Assembly: GCA_965261595.1 (NCBI GenBank)
Contig: CBDHDG010000005.1
Span: 224,001-288,000 of the forward strand
Direction: 5' to 3'
Source: a bacterium
GTDB lineage: Bacteria > UBA8248 > JACPRG01 > G963555815
Length of the DNA stretch: 64,000 nt
Position 1 is the stretch's first letter. Every line of letters starts with the position of its first letter. Both the position numbers and the translations under genes were made by a program. Shown piece after piece: positions 1-8,589 of this stretch. A model generated the notes under the pieces. The model was not told the origin of the DNA, did no database searches, and saw only the letters and a list, made by a program, of their open reading frames with translations.

Positions 1-1
1 C

Positions 2-184
<183 letters not shown>

Positions 185-403
185 CGGGCAATCCAGCAGG
201 AGCGCGATGCGCTCGGCGTTGCGCCGTACGTCACGAGCGGCCTATTTCGCCCGCGCCGGGCGAGTGGATCGGCGGCGCGCAGAACTCGGGCGCCTCACCG
301 GCGGGCCGTGGACAGTGTAGTCCCGAAGGACCCATTCACGGACATCGTCAGAAAATTCGAGGTCGGAATATAGGCTTTTTTATCTCTCGGTACGCGCCAT
401 GAT

Positions 404-1345
404 TCAGCACAGGAGTGAGATAAGGGCTTCCTCGGGGGGAGTGGAGGCCTTCGCCGGAGAGGATGAGGCATTCAGCCGGGTGAGATAGAAAAAGGTTAAA
501 AAGGCTGGAACCTGGACTTTGATACGCTGGATGCCGAATACAGCGGCGCAGGTCTCCAACCATTCTTTCGCGGATGACGCGAGAGGCGAGAGCAGACAGT
601 CAAAAGCAAAGCCGGCCACGTCGAACATAATGTTCCCGAGTCGGGTCGCTTCGAAATCGATGATTCCAGCCAGTCGACGGTTGATTCCAGCGGATCGCGG
701 AGACGTGACCAGTACATTGTAAGTCGTGAGTGAGCCGTGCACGATTTTGTCCGTGCACCCTGCCCAGTCTTCTTGGCCGGCGTTGTCTAATACTCGTTGG
801 AGCGCTGAATTCAGCCGATCGGTCAAGTTTTCTTTATGAACCGCAAAAAATTCACCCGCGGCTTTTGTGGGATTGAAATCTTTAGCGTGAGTGCCGATCC
901 TTCGTTGCGCCTTGGCTTCGCACAGGTCGTGAACCCGGGTTTGGTTTTGGAAATCTCTGAGCCAAAATGCCATGTCTTGAAAGATTCGTTTTCTTGAAGA
1001 GCCATCCATGGTTCCCATCACGTGGTGAAGCGAGACCCCCTGGAGCTCTTCCGTGATGAGGAAATGGGACCCATCGGGAATGGCTCTCCCGTGGCAGAGC
1101 AGCCTGGGGACGAAACCGGCTGAATCCTCCAAGGCCTCCAGGACGTCCGCCTCATCGGCGACGGACATCGAAGGCTGCGGTCCCCCCTGAAACTTGAGGA
1201 AAATCGGGTTGGACGGCTCTCTCAGCGTAAGGCGATAGGTGAGGTTGCGGCCTTCGAGGTTACAGGCCTCGATGGCCAAAATTTCCTCCGGGCGGGTCTG
1301 AAGCGTCGAGGCCAGGGTCCGGCGGATCGCGTCCTTCGTTATCAA
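404..1345 (-). CDS. Aminoglycoside phosphotransferase (APH)/kinase-fold protein with an atypical catalytic loop
   Basis: Motifs FLK, E (helix C), VPRLL, LITEEL, HGSLTTYN (Brenner-like, Asp replaced by Ser) and IIDFE; likely TTG start overlaps the stop of the ATP-grasp gene (TTGA). Confidence 0.75.
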   Translation of the reverse strand: MITKDAIRRTLASTLQTRPEEILAIEACNLEGRNLTYRLTLREPSNPIFLKFQGGPQPSMSVADEADVLEALEDSAGFVPRLLCHGRAIPDGSHFLITEELQGVSLHHVMGTMDGSSRKRIFQDMAFWLRDFQNQTRVHDLCEAKAQRRIGTHAKDFNPTKAAGEFFAVHKENLTDRLNSALQRVLDNAGQEDWAGCTDKIVHGSLTTYNVLVTSPRSAGINRRLAGIIDFEATRLGNIMFDVAGFAFDCLLSPLASSAKEWLETCAAVFGIQRIKVQVPAFLTFFYLTRLNASSSPAKASTPPEEALISLLC

Positions 1346-2343
1346 ACCGGCCCCCGAGAGAGGAGATGGGCGATCGCCTTGGAGATTTCCAATCCGGTCA
1401 ACTCCTCGATCCACCCCCACTGCCCGTTGGGATTCAACTCCAGAAATGTGACGGCGCCGTCGGGCGACACAACGAGGTCGACGGTCGAGAACGCAAGACC
1501 GAGCCGCTTCGTGAGAGCGACACATTTCTCCGCGAGCTCCGGCTGAAGATCTTGAGCGACATGGGGGGTGTTCGGAAAGTCATAGCGCCGCCAATCCACG
1601 CTTGTTTGCGGCGTTGCTTGGGAGTGAATTTCACAGGCGAATGTTTCTTGGCCGACAACGGTGACCCTGAGCTCGCACTGCTTTTCCAGATAGGCTTGGT
1701 AGGTTGCCGGGCAAACCGCCAGTGGGTCATCGCGCCCAACGTCCTTGTCCTCAAGAAGAGCGGTATAGATGCAGTATTGCTCCTCGGGATTGGGCGCCCG
1801 GGGCGGGCCCTTTGAAACGAGCTTTGCCGCGCAACGCTGTCCCCGGTCCCGAAGAGCGGTGTAAAAGTCCCGCACCTCATCCGGCCGCGCGGAAACCAAC
1901 GTCTCCGGTATGCAGAACCCGCAGGCCCGGGCCACCTTGAGTTGATAGAGCTTGTAAGAAGCGGTTCGAATTGATTCGGGATGGCTGACCCAGGGACAAT
2001 CCAGAGAATACAAGGTCCCATAAAGTTGAGCCTTCAGCTCCGAAGCGGCAAATGCGCGCGCGCCGGGATCGGTAACCGAGGAATCCGGAACGGGCGCCTC
2101 GGGCCGGCGAACCCAGATCGAGGCGATATCTTTTCCGTCTACCACGACCTCATCCACCACGACCCTGACTTGCGGAGCTCCTGACCCGATCCGGTAGTCG
2201 ATGTGGGCGGATGTTCCGAAAATCTCGGTGTTCAGCCGAACATAAGACGCACCGATCCGTCCGAGCTCTTTTTCAACGAGCGAGGCGGTCTCATCGCCCT
2301 CGCTGGTCAGGATCAAAACAGTCGGCGGCGACGACGGTTCCAC
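1342..2343 (-). CDS. MvdC/MvdD-family ATP-grasp RiPP (graspetide) macrocyclase
   Basis: VLILT..D, WVRRP, KLYQLKVA..GF.IPETLVS, ELRVTVVG, EIHSQ, VDWRR, FLELNPNGQWGWIE. Confidence 0.9.
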   Translation of the reverse strand: MEPSSPPTVLILTSEGDETASLVEKELGRIGASYVRLNTEIFGTSAHIDYRIGSGAPQVRVVVDEVVVDGKDIASIWVRRPEAPVPDSSVTDPGARAFAASELKAQLYGTLYSLDCPWVSHPESIRTASYKLYQLKVARACGFCIPETLVSARPDEVRDFYTALRDRGQRCAAKLVSKGPPRAPNPEEQYCIYTALLEDKDVGRDDPLAVCPATYQAYLEKQCELRVTVVGQETFACEIHSQATPQTSVDWRRYDFPNTPHVAQDLQPELAEKCVALTKRLGLAFSTVDLVVSPDGAVTFLELNPNGQWGWIEELTGLEISKAIAHLLSRGPV

Positions 2344-2362
2344 GAATTTGCCCGAGGATGAT

Positions 2363-2551
2363 CTAGTCGTCCGAATTGTAATCCATCGGATCGCTGGTGG
2401 TCAGGGAGGACGAGGTCATTCCCCGATTCGACATGTCGACAATATATTCCCGCTTGCTGAAAAGAAGCGGCTCGGGACCCGGCGGATCTTCAGCCGGAAT
2501 CTTGATTTCTTCTACGGACGGCTCAACGTGTGCTGTCTTGGCTGAACTCAT
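2363..2551 (-). CDS. Putative graspetide precursor peptide (62 aa)
   Basis: AGGGAGG RBS 5 nt before ATG; ends 19 nt before the ATP-grasp gene; leader-like PEPLLFSK; Ser/Thr/Asp-rich C-terminus TSSSLTTSDPMDYNSDD. Confidence 0.8.
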   Translation of the reverse strand: MSSAKTAHVEPSVEEIKIPAEDPPGPEPLLFSKREYIVDMSNRGMTSSSLTTSDPMDYNSDD

Positions 2552-2720
2552 CGAATCCTCCCTGAATGGATGTCGGCGCTTCAAACCTCGAGGATCGAAA
2601 CACCTTTTTCGTCTTGGGCGCAACGTAACACACATCAAAACTCGCAATCAACCGAGATCCCGCCTCCCCCATCCAGCGCGGTGGCCAAAAGCAATCTTCC
2701 GCCGGTTGCTTCGCTTGCCC

Positions 2721-3314
2721 TCAAAACTCGATTCCGGGTTGCGCCTTGATTCCAGCCCGATATGGATGCTTCACCATCTTCATTTCCGTAACCAGGTCGG
2801 CCATTTCGATTAATTCGGGCTTGGCCCCGCGTCCGGTGAGTATCACATGAAGCATCTCCCGCTTTTTTTGAAGTGCGTCCAGGACTTCATCGAGCGACAG
2901 TTGATTCTTGTGGATGGCCACATTGATTTCGTCGAGCAGGACCATGCCGATGTCGCGCCGCTCCAACAATTCCAGCGACTTCTCCCAGGCCTTTCGAGCC
3001 GCGCGCCGGTCCATCTCTTGATCCTGGGTGATCCAGGTGAACCCATCACCCATCCGGCGCCACTCGACCTGGTCCCCAAATCTCTTGAACACTTCCGTTT
3101 CGCCGGTGGGCATCACGCCTTTAATGAATTGAACGACCCCGACACGAATTCCGTGGTGAATCGTCCGCAGCAGCATCCCGAACGCCGCCGTGCTCTTCCC
3201 TTTCCCCGGACCCGTGTGGACGATGATCAGGCCTTTTTCCCGCGTGGCCATCGCCTTTCGCTTTGCATGAGATTCATGGATGCGCTGCATCTTGTCTTGA
3301 TAGGCATCACCCAT
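2721..3314 (-). CDS. cobO: Cob(I)yrinic acid a,c-diamide adenosyltransferase (CobO/BtuR)
   Basis: VHTGPGKGKSTAAFG, QFIKG, LDEIN, TGRGA, KHPY...AQPGIEF. Confidence 0.95.
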   Translation of the reverse strand: MGDAYQDKMQRIHESHAKRKAMATREKGLIIVHTGPGKGKSTAAFGMLLRTIHHGIRVGVVQFIKGVMPTGETEVFKRFGDQVEWRRMGDGFTWITQDQEMDRRAARKAWEKSLELLERRDIGMVLLDEINVAIHKNQLSLDEVLDALQKKREMLHVILTGRGAKPELIEMADLVTEMKMVKHPYRAGIKAQPGIEF

Positions 3315-4086
3315 TTCTGATTCTCCTGGAGAAACCGTAATGGCGTTCGCCGTTGTGCACCCAATAGTGGGTCTCGACCTCGAACACCTTTCGCATCAAC
3401 CCGGGGAGCAACACTTCGTTCGTTGTCCCTTCGGCCACCAGCCGGCCGTCATGGACCAGCAAGAGCCGATCGCAGAATTGTTGGGCAAGGTTCAGGTCGT
3501 GAATCGCCACCGTAATCGTCCGCCCGTCGGCCGCCTGTCCGCGTAGGATGTCGAGAAGGTCCAGGCAGTGCCGAATATCCAGGTTCGCGGTGGGCTCGTC
3601 CAACAAAAGGACAGACGCCTCGGTCGCCAGGGTCCGCGCCAGGAGAACGCGCTGACGCTCTCCCCCTGAGAGATCGTTGACCGGCCGGCCTTTGAGCGAG
3701 TCCGCGTCGACCGCGCTGAGGGCGGCATCCACGGCCCGCCGGTCCTCAGGCCCCTCAGACCCGAACCGTTTTACGTGCGCGTACCGTCCCATCATCACAA
3801 CGTCTTCAATGGGCAGGGAAAAAGGGACTTCCGTGCTTTGGGGCAGGTAACCCACGCGGCGGGCCACTTCTCGCCGGGACAGAGCGGACAAGTCCCGCCG
3901 ATCGATTTTCACGCGACCCGCCGCCAGCGGGACGAGCCCCGTCAGGGCGCGCAACAAGGTGGATTTCCCCGCGCCGTTGGGCCCAAGAATCCCCGTGACC
4001 GCTCCCTCCTCGAACGAGAGCGTGACATCCCGCAGCACGGACCGTCCGCCGAGCTCCACGCTTCCATCTTCCATGGCCAGCTTCAT
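3307..4086 (-). CDS. Corrinoid/iron-chelate ABC transporter ATPase (BtuD-like)
   Basis: GPNGAGKS, LSGGERQR, LLDEPT; the ATG at 4086 overlaps the permease stop. Confidence 0.9.
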   Translation of the reverse strand: MKLAMEDGSVELGGRSVLRDVTLSFEEGAVTGILGPNGAGKSTLLRALTGLVPLAAGRVKIDRRDLSALSRREVARRVGYLPQSTEVPFSLPIEDVVMMGRYAHVKRFGSEGPEDRRAVDAALSAVDADSLKGRPVNDLSGGERQRVLLARTLATEASVLLLDEPTANLDIRHCLDLLDILRGQAADGRTITVAIHDLNLAQQFCDRLLLVHDGRLVAEGTTNEVLLPGLMRKVFEVETHYWVHNGERHYGFSRRIRNG

Positions 4087-5120
4087 CAGAACACCTCGGT
4101 CCGTTTCCGATGCCGCAAGACAAGATACAAGAAAAACGGCCCCCCCAGACCGGATGTCAAAATCCCCAGACGGATTTCCTCTCCGGCGAGGATTGAGCGG
4201 GAGAGAAGATCCATTCCCGTCAGCAAGACCGCGCCCGCCAGCATGCTCGCGGGCAAAAGACGCCGGTGGTCCGGTCCCAGAAGCAGCCGGACGATGTGAG
4301 GGACGAGCAGGCCGACGAACCCGATGACGCCGGCGACGGCCACGGCCGCTCCAGCCGCTCCGGCCGCGACCGTGAGGATCCAGCGCTTGGTTTGGGCCGT
4401 GTTCACCCCCAAGGCCAGGGCCGACTCCTCTCCGGTCATCATCACGTTGAGCTCTCTCGAAAAGCACAAAGAGGCGGCAACGCAGACGACGAAAAAGGGG
4501 AGGATCATGAAAACATGCTCCCACGTCCGGTTTGTCAGACCGCCCATCAGCCAGAAGAGGATCTGGCGTCCGATCTCCCATTCGCGGACGCTGAAGCTCA
4601 AGACCAGTGAGGTGAGCGCGCCGGCAATCGAGTTGATGGCAAGGCCGCAGAGGATGAGCGTGGCGATGGGCGTCCGTCCCCGATGGGTCGATAACGCGTA
4701 AACCTGGAAGGCGGTCAACAAGGCCGCGCCGAAGGCCATCCCGGGCACCGCCCAGATGGAGAGGGCGCCCAGGCCGAGCGCGATCGCCGAGGTCGCCCCC
4801 AGCGCGCCCCCCATGCTGACACCGATGACACCGGGGCTCGCCATCGGATTCCGGAACAGTCCCTGGAGGAGCGCCCCGGACAAGGCCAAAGCCGCTCCGA
4901 CCAGCGCGCCCGTCAGGACGCGCGGAAGGCGGATGTACCAAACGATCGCCCGTTCCTGTTGACTGATGTTCGCGGCTTCCGGGGATCTCAATCCCGTTTC
5001 GACCAGAAGAACATCGGCCACTTTGTCCCAGCTCAAATCCGCCGGCCCGGACGTGATCCCGAGAGTCATCGTCACAACGAGAAGCCCCAGGCAAAGGCTC
5101 AGGATGATCGAGCCTCTCAT
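4086..5120 (-). CDS. FecCD/BtuC-family ABC permease
   Basis: IRLPR, LQGLFRNPMASP, IGFVGLLVPH; hydrophobic. Confidence 0.92.
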   Translation of the reverse strand: MRGSIILSLCLGLLVVTMTLGITSGPADLSWDKVADVLLVETGLRSPEAANISQQERAIVWYIRLPRVLTGALVGAALALSGALLQGLFRNPMASPGVIGVSMGGALGATSAIALGLGALSIWAVPGMAFGAALLTAFQVYALSTHRGRTPIATLILCGLAINSIAGALTSLVLSFSVREWEIGRQILFWLMGGLTNRTWEHVFMILPFFVVCVAASLCFSRELNVMMTGEESALALGVNTAQTKRWILTVAAGAAGAAVAVAGVIGFVGLLVPHIVRLLLGPDHRRLLPASMLAGAVLLTGMDLLSRSILAGEEIRLGILTSGLGGPFFLYLVLRHRKRTEVF

Positions 5121-5239
5121 GGGCGCATTCCTTGAACGAGATCCCCGATGTCTTCAACGACGTAACGGGCGCCGGTTGTGACATGGGCAAAGAGAATGGC
5201 GAGGGCTCGTTCGTTCATGAGATGTCTGAAGAGACCCTC

Positions 5240-6085
5240 TTATTCAGCGAGAATGGCTCGTCGAATCAAACGCGCCCGCAAATCGGCGGCGGCGTCGGCG
5301 ATGAAATGGGAGTTGGTGTACAAGGTCCGGGCCGGGATTCCGATCACACGCCGGGTGCGCACCGCCGTCAGGGACGAATAGCGGAGATCCGTCCGAAGCC
5401 TCTTGATCCATCCCTCGAACTGAAGGTAACCCTCGCTGACCAGAATCAAGTCAGGATCCACTTTCAGGACCCATTCCAACTGGACGACCCTGTGGCCGTC
5501 GATTTCCGATGCGGCATTTTTCAACCCGGCGTACTTGATAATCACCTCCACGCTGGTGTTTTTGCCGGAGGTCCAACCGCCCGGTGTGTAGAACAAAGCG
5601 CTCAGCCCGGAGCTCGGAAGACCCTCCAGGTTTTGAAGCTTTCGATCCATTTTCCGGATGAGGCTCTCCGCTTTCAGCGTTTTCCCGATGGCCCGCGCCA
5701 CCACGAGAATGCTCCGGCGGATGTCCTCCAAGCCAAGCGGTGTGGGCACCCTCGTTACGGACACTCCCGCTTGCCTGATCAGGGCCTCCACTTCTTTGGC
5801 GGCTCGGGTGGAAAGAAGCACCAAGTCGGGACCCAGCTCCAGGATGCTCTCCACATCGTCTCGCCTGAGCCGGGGAATCCCCTTGGCCAGACTGAAAACA
5901 TAACACTTGAGCGGATCGTTCGCGTACCGCGAAACCCCGACGACTCTCTCTCGGGATGCCAGGGAAAGCAGAATTTCATCCGTGACGACGGACAGCGAGA
6001 CGATTCGCTTCGGCGCCGCCGCGGCCGATCCTTCAGCGCCGAAACACAGGATCATAAAGAGGAGAGGGAGGACCCAGCGTTTCAC
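5240..6085 (-). CDS. BtuF-like periplasmic binding protein
   Basis: Signal peptide, PKRIVSL..TDEIL, E.IL...PDLV. Confidence 0.85.
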   Translation of the reverse strand: MKRWVLPLLFMILCFGAEGSAAAAPKRIVSLSVVTDEILLSLASRERVVGVSRYANDPLKCYVFSLAKGIPRLRRDDVESILELGPDLVLLSTRAAKEVEALIRQAGVSVTRVPTPLGLEDIRRSILVVARAIGKTLKAESLIRKMDRKLQNLEGLPSSGLSALFYTPGGWTSGKNTSVEVIIKYAGLKNAASEIDGHRVVQLEWVLKVDPDLILVSEGYLQFEGWIKRLRTDLRYSSLTAVRTRRVIGIPARTLYTNSHFIADAAADLRARLIRRAILAE

Positions 6086-6723
6086 GGCCGGATCACCACA
6101 ATGCTCAGGTCACTGAAATCTCCGGAAAGGGCGTCCAGGCGTCCTTTCCATGTGCGCTCATCCAGTGAAAGAGATTCGAACACGATGACTTCGCGATCGG
6201 GCTCGACCCCTCTGGCCAAAAGATCCCCCGCGATATCGCGAGGCATGAAATCCCAAGGATGCGGCAGGACGATGGCGCCGCGTCCCAATTGCAGCGCCGA
6301 CGCGAGAAATCCTTTGTCCCGCTCTAAATCGCCTCTCTTGTGAAATGTGACAAAGACCAGATCCTCAAAGGCCAAACCCGTCTTCGCCGCGGCAAGTTGG
6401 ACTGAGCTGATCCCCGGGATCACTTCCACCCGCTCCCCGCAGGCCTTTTCTACGCGCGCCAACAGTTGATGTCCGGAAAAGCTTGGATCTCCCATGAAAC
6501 ACACGACACAACGCCGGCCGCTTTTGTGAAGAGAAGCCACTTCATCGAGCTTTTCTTCCTGGTCCTTGTACGTCAGGATGACCCGCTTCCCCCGACCGAT
6601 TTGTTCCACCACTTTGAGCACCGTGGCAAACCCCGCGACGATATCCGCCTCTTCCAGGAGACGGCGGGCGCTCAACGTCAGAAGTTCGAGGTCGCCCGGT
6701 CCTACGCCAACTGCGTAAATCAT
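6082..6723 (-). CDS. cbiE: Precorrin-6Y/cobalt-precorrin-7 C5-methyltransferase (CbiE-like tetrapyrrole methylase)
   Basis: VGVGPGD, GDPSFSG, IPGISSVQLAAA, ESLSLDER. Confidence 0.8.
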   Translation of the reverse strand: MIYAVGVGPGDLELLTLSARRLLEEADIVAGFATVLKVVEQIGRGKRVILTYKDQEEKLDEVASLHKSGRRCVVCFMGDPSFSGHQLLARVEKACGERVEVIPGISSVQLAAAKTGLAFEDLVFVTFHKRGDLERDKGFLASALQLGRGAIVLPHPWDFMPRDIAGDLLARGVEPDREVIVFESLSLDERTWKGRLDALSGDFSDLSIVVIRP

Positions 6724-6726
6724 CTC

Positions 6727-8589
6727 TCAACCCGCCCTCAGCAACTGCCGGATTCTTTTTGGCCGAAGCGCTTCCAGCGTGACCACGGGGATGTTCCAAC
6801 GAGAACCCCACCCCTGCATCATGCCCATCGTGAAAGGACCCTCTTCGGTATCGACGAGCAGAAGATCCACCCGGCTTTTCGAGAAATGATGGAGCTCTCG
6901 CTCTGCCGCGCGGACGGGATCGATGTTGCCGAACCCGACGGTCGGCCGGCCATCCGAAACCAGAACGAGAGATTGCGCAATGGCGGGATGTCGGCGCCGA
7001 GAGTGAGCCAGCACCTGACGGGCTGTGTGAAGCGCATGAGCGAGCGGCGTTTTCCCCCCGACCGGAAGATCGCGTATGCTCCGTTGAGCCCTTCGAACGC
7101 TCCGCGTTGGAGGCAGGACAACGCGAGCCTCCGAGCCCTGAAATGTGATCAATCCCACTTCGTCGCGTTTTTGATAGGCCTCTTCCAAAAGACCCAACAG
7201 GACGCCTTTGGTCACCTCCATTCGACGGCGCGCCCCCATCGAGCGGCTTGCGTCCAGAACAAACAGGAAAAGGCGTTGATAAGGCGTGCGCCGTATCTTC
7301 TCCCGGAGATCTGTCGATCGAATGGAAATCGCCGTGTCCTCAGTCCTCCCGTTTTCCGGTCTGATGACAGCGGCGCGAAGTGTGGCGTCCAAAGCGAGGT
7401 CCGTCACTTTCCCTTTCGGAAACCTTGCGCGCACATAAGGGCCGCGAAAGGCTTTGGCCGTCTCCCATCCGCTCCGTCCGCCCGGCTGAACGATGCGGCG
7501 CTTCATTCGGGACTCCGTTTGCGGATTCCGAACGGGTCCCTCAGTGAGGGGATCGAACCGCATGGAAGCATCGGGATCCGCAGATCGCGGGGCCTCCGTT
7601 TGTTGCTTTGGCCGTGGCGGGGCGGGGGGGCGGGGGGGGGAGGGGGGCGGCGGATCCGGCGGATTCTTTCTCCGGTGCGCCAGCGCGAACTCCGCAATCC
7701 TTTCCACGTCGTCCCGGTTGACGGTCTTTCGTCCTTCCCAGGCGGCCAAGGTCATTGCGCCCTTCTGGATCACGATATCGGCCCGAAGCCCCTCTACATG
7801 CTCCCGGCAACAGATCGCGGAGACCTCCTCGGTGATCTCTTCGGGAATACGAACTCCGCCCATCATGTCCCGCGCGCGAAGGATGCGTTCGCGCAATCGC
7901 GTTTCTTCATTCGCCCAGGTCCGCGCGAAGGCCTCGGGATCCGCCTCGAACGCAATCGTCCGCCGAACGATTTCGGTCCGTTGAGCCGGGTCGGAAAGAT
8001 TCTCCACTTGAACGGACATTCCGAAGCGGTCGAGCAGTTGGGGACGCAGCTCACCTTCTTCCGGGTTCATGGTGCCGATGAGAATGAACCGCGCCGGATG
8101 CCGAACGGAAACGCCTTCCCGCTCAACAACGTTGACCCCGCTCACGGCCACATCCAGCAGGATATCGACCAGGTGATCGGGCAGCAGGTTCACTTCATCG
8201 ATGTAAAGAACACCCCGGTGGACGCGAGCCAGGAGGCCGGGTTCGAAGCGCTTCTCCCCGAGGCGAATCGCCTTCTCCAGGTCGATCGTGCCGAGTACAC
8301 GATCCTCTGTGGCGCCGATGGGCAGGGACACGAAGGGCGTAGGGACCTCATCGGTTGCTGTCTCGCTTGTTTCCTCGTATGGATCATCCGGGTTGCTGTT
8401 GTAATGGGAATCTCGAATCACCCGAATGTCCGGGAGAAGGTTCGCCAGCCCACGGGCGGCGCAAGACTTGCCGGATCCTTTCACGCCGGAAATCAAAACA
8501 CCCCTGATGTTGGGGTTGATCCCATTCAGGATGAGAGCGAGTAACATGTCTTCCTGGCCGACGATGGCCGAGAACGGGTAGTCGTTCAC
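6727..8589 (-). CDS. ChlD/BchD-like chelatase subunit (AAA+, Pro-rich linker, vWA), probable partner of CobN
   Basis: YPFSAIVGQ, GVKGSGKS, LYIDEVNLL, NPEEGELRPQLLDRFG, poly-Pro linker, DASRSM MIDAS motif. Confidence 0.9.
   Translation of the reverse strand: MNDYPFSAIVGQEDMLLALILNGINPNIRGVLISGVKGSGKSCAARGLANLLPDIRVIRDSHYNSNPDDPYEETSETATDEVPTPFVSLPIGATEDRVLGTIDLEKAIRLGEKRFEPGLLARVHRGVLYIDEVNLLPDHLVDILLDVAVSGVNVVEREGVSVRHPARFILIGTMNPEEGELRPQLLDRFGMSVQVENLSDPAQRTEIVRRTIAFEADPEAFARTWANEETRLRERILRARDMMGGVRIPEEITEEVSAICCREHVEGLRADIVIQKGAMTLAAWEGRKTVNRDDVERIAEFALAHRRKNPPDPPPPSPPRPPAPPRPKQQTEAPRSADPDASMRFDPLTEGPVRNPQTESRMKRRIVQPGGRSGWETAKAFRGPYVRARFPKGKVTDLALDATLRAAVIRPENGRTEDTAISIRSTDLREKIRRTPYQRLFLFVLDASRSMGARRRMEVTKGVLLGLLEEAYQKRDEVGLITFQGSEARVVLPPTRSVRRAQRSIRDLPVGGKTPLAHALHTARQVLAHSRRRHPAIAQSLVLVSDGRPTVGFGNIDPVRAAERELHHFSKSRVDLLLVDTEEGPFTMGMMQGWGSRWNIPVVTLEALRPKRIRQLLRAG

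Noticed and set aside
185..345. GC-rich palindromic stretch after the carbamoyltransferase as an ncRNA or att site
   Set aside because: No recognisable family motif and no second copy found in the window.
404..1345. Aminoglycoside resistance gene
   Set aside because: The catalytic Asp is missing and the gene is coupled to a RiPP ligase; the fold alone does not imply resistance.
4087..5190. Long N-terminal extensions on the ABC ATPase, Mo subunit (to 29050) and TauE (to 50368) ORFs as fusions
   Set aside because: The extensions overlap upstream genes in another frame; internal ATGs with an RBS or stop-start coupling give normal-sized proteins.
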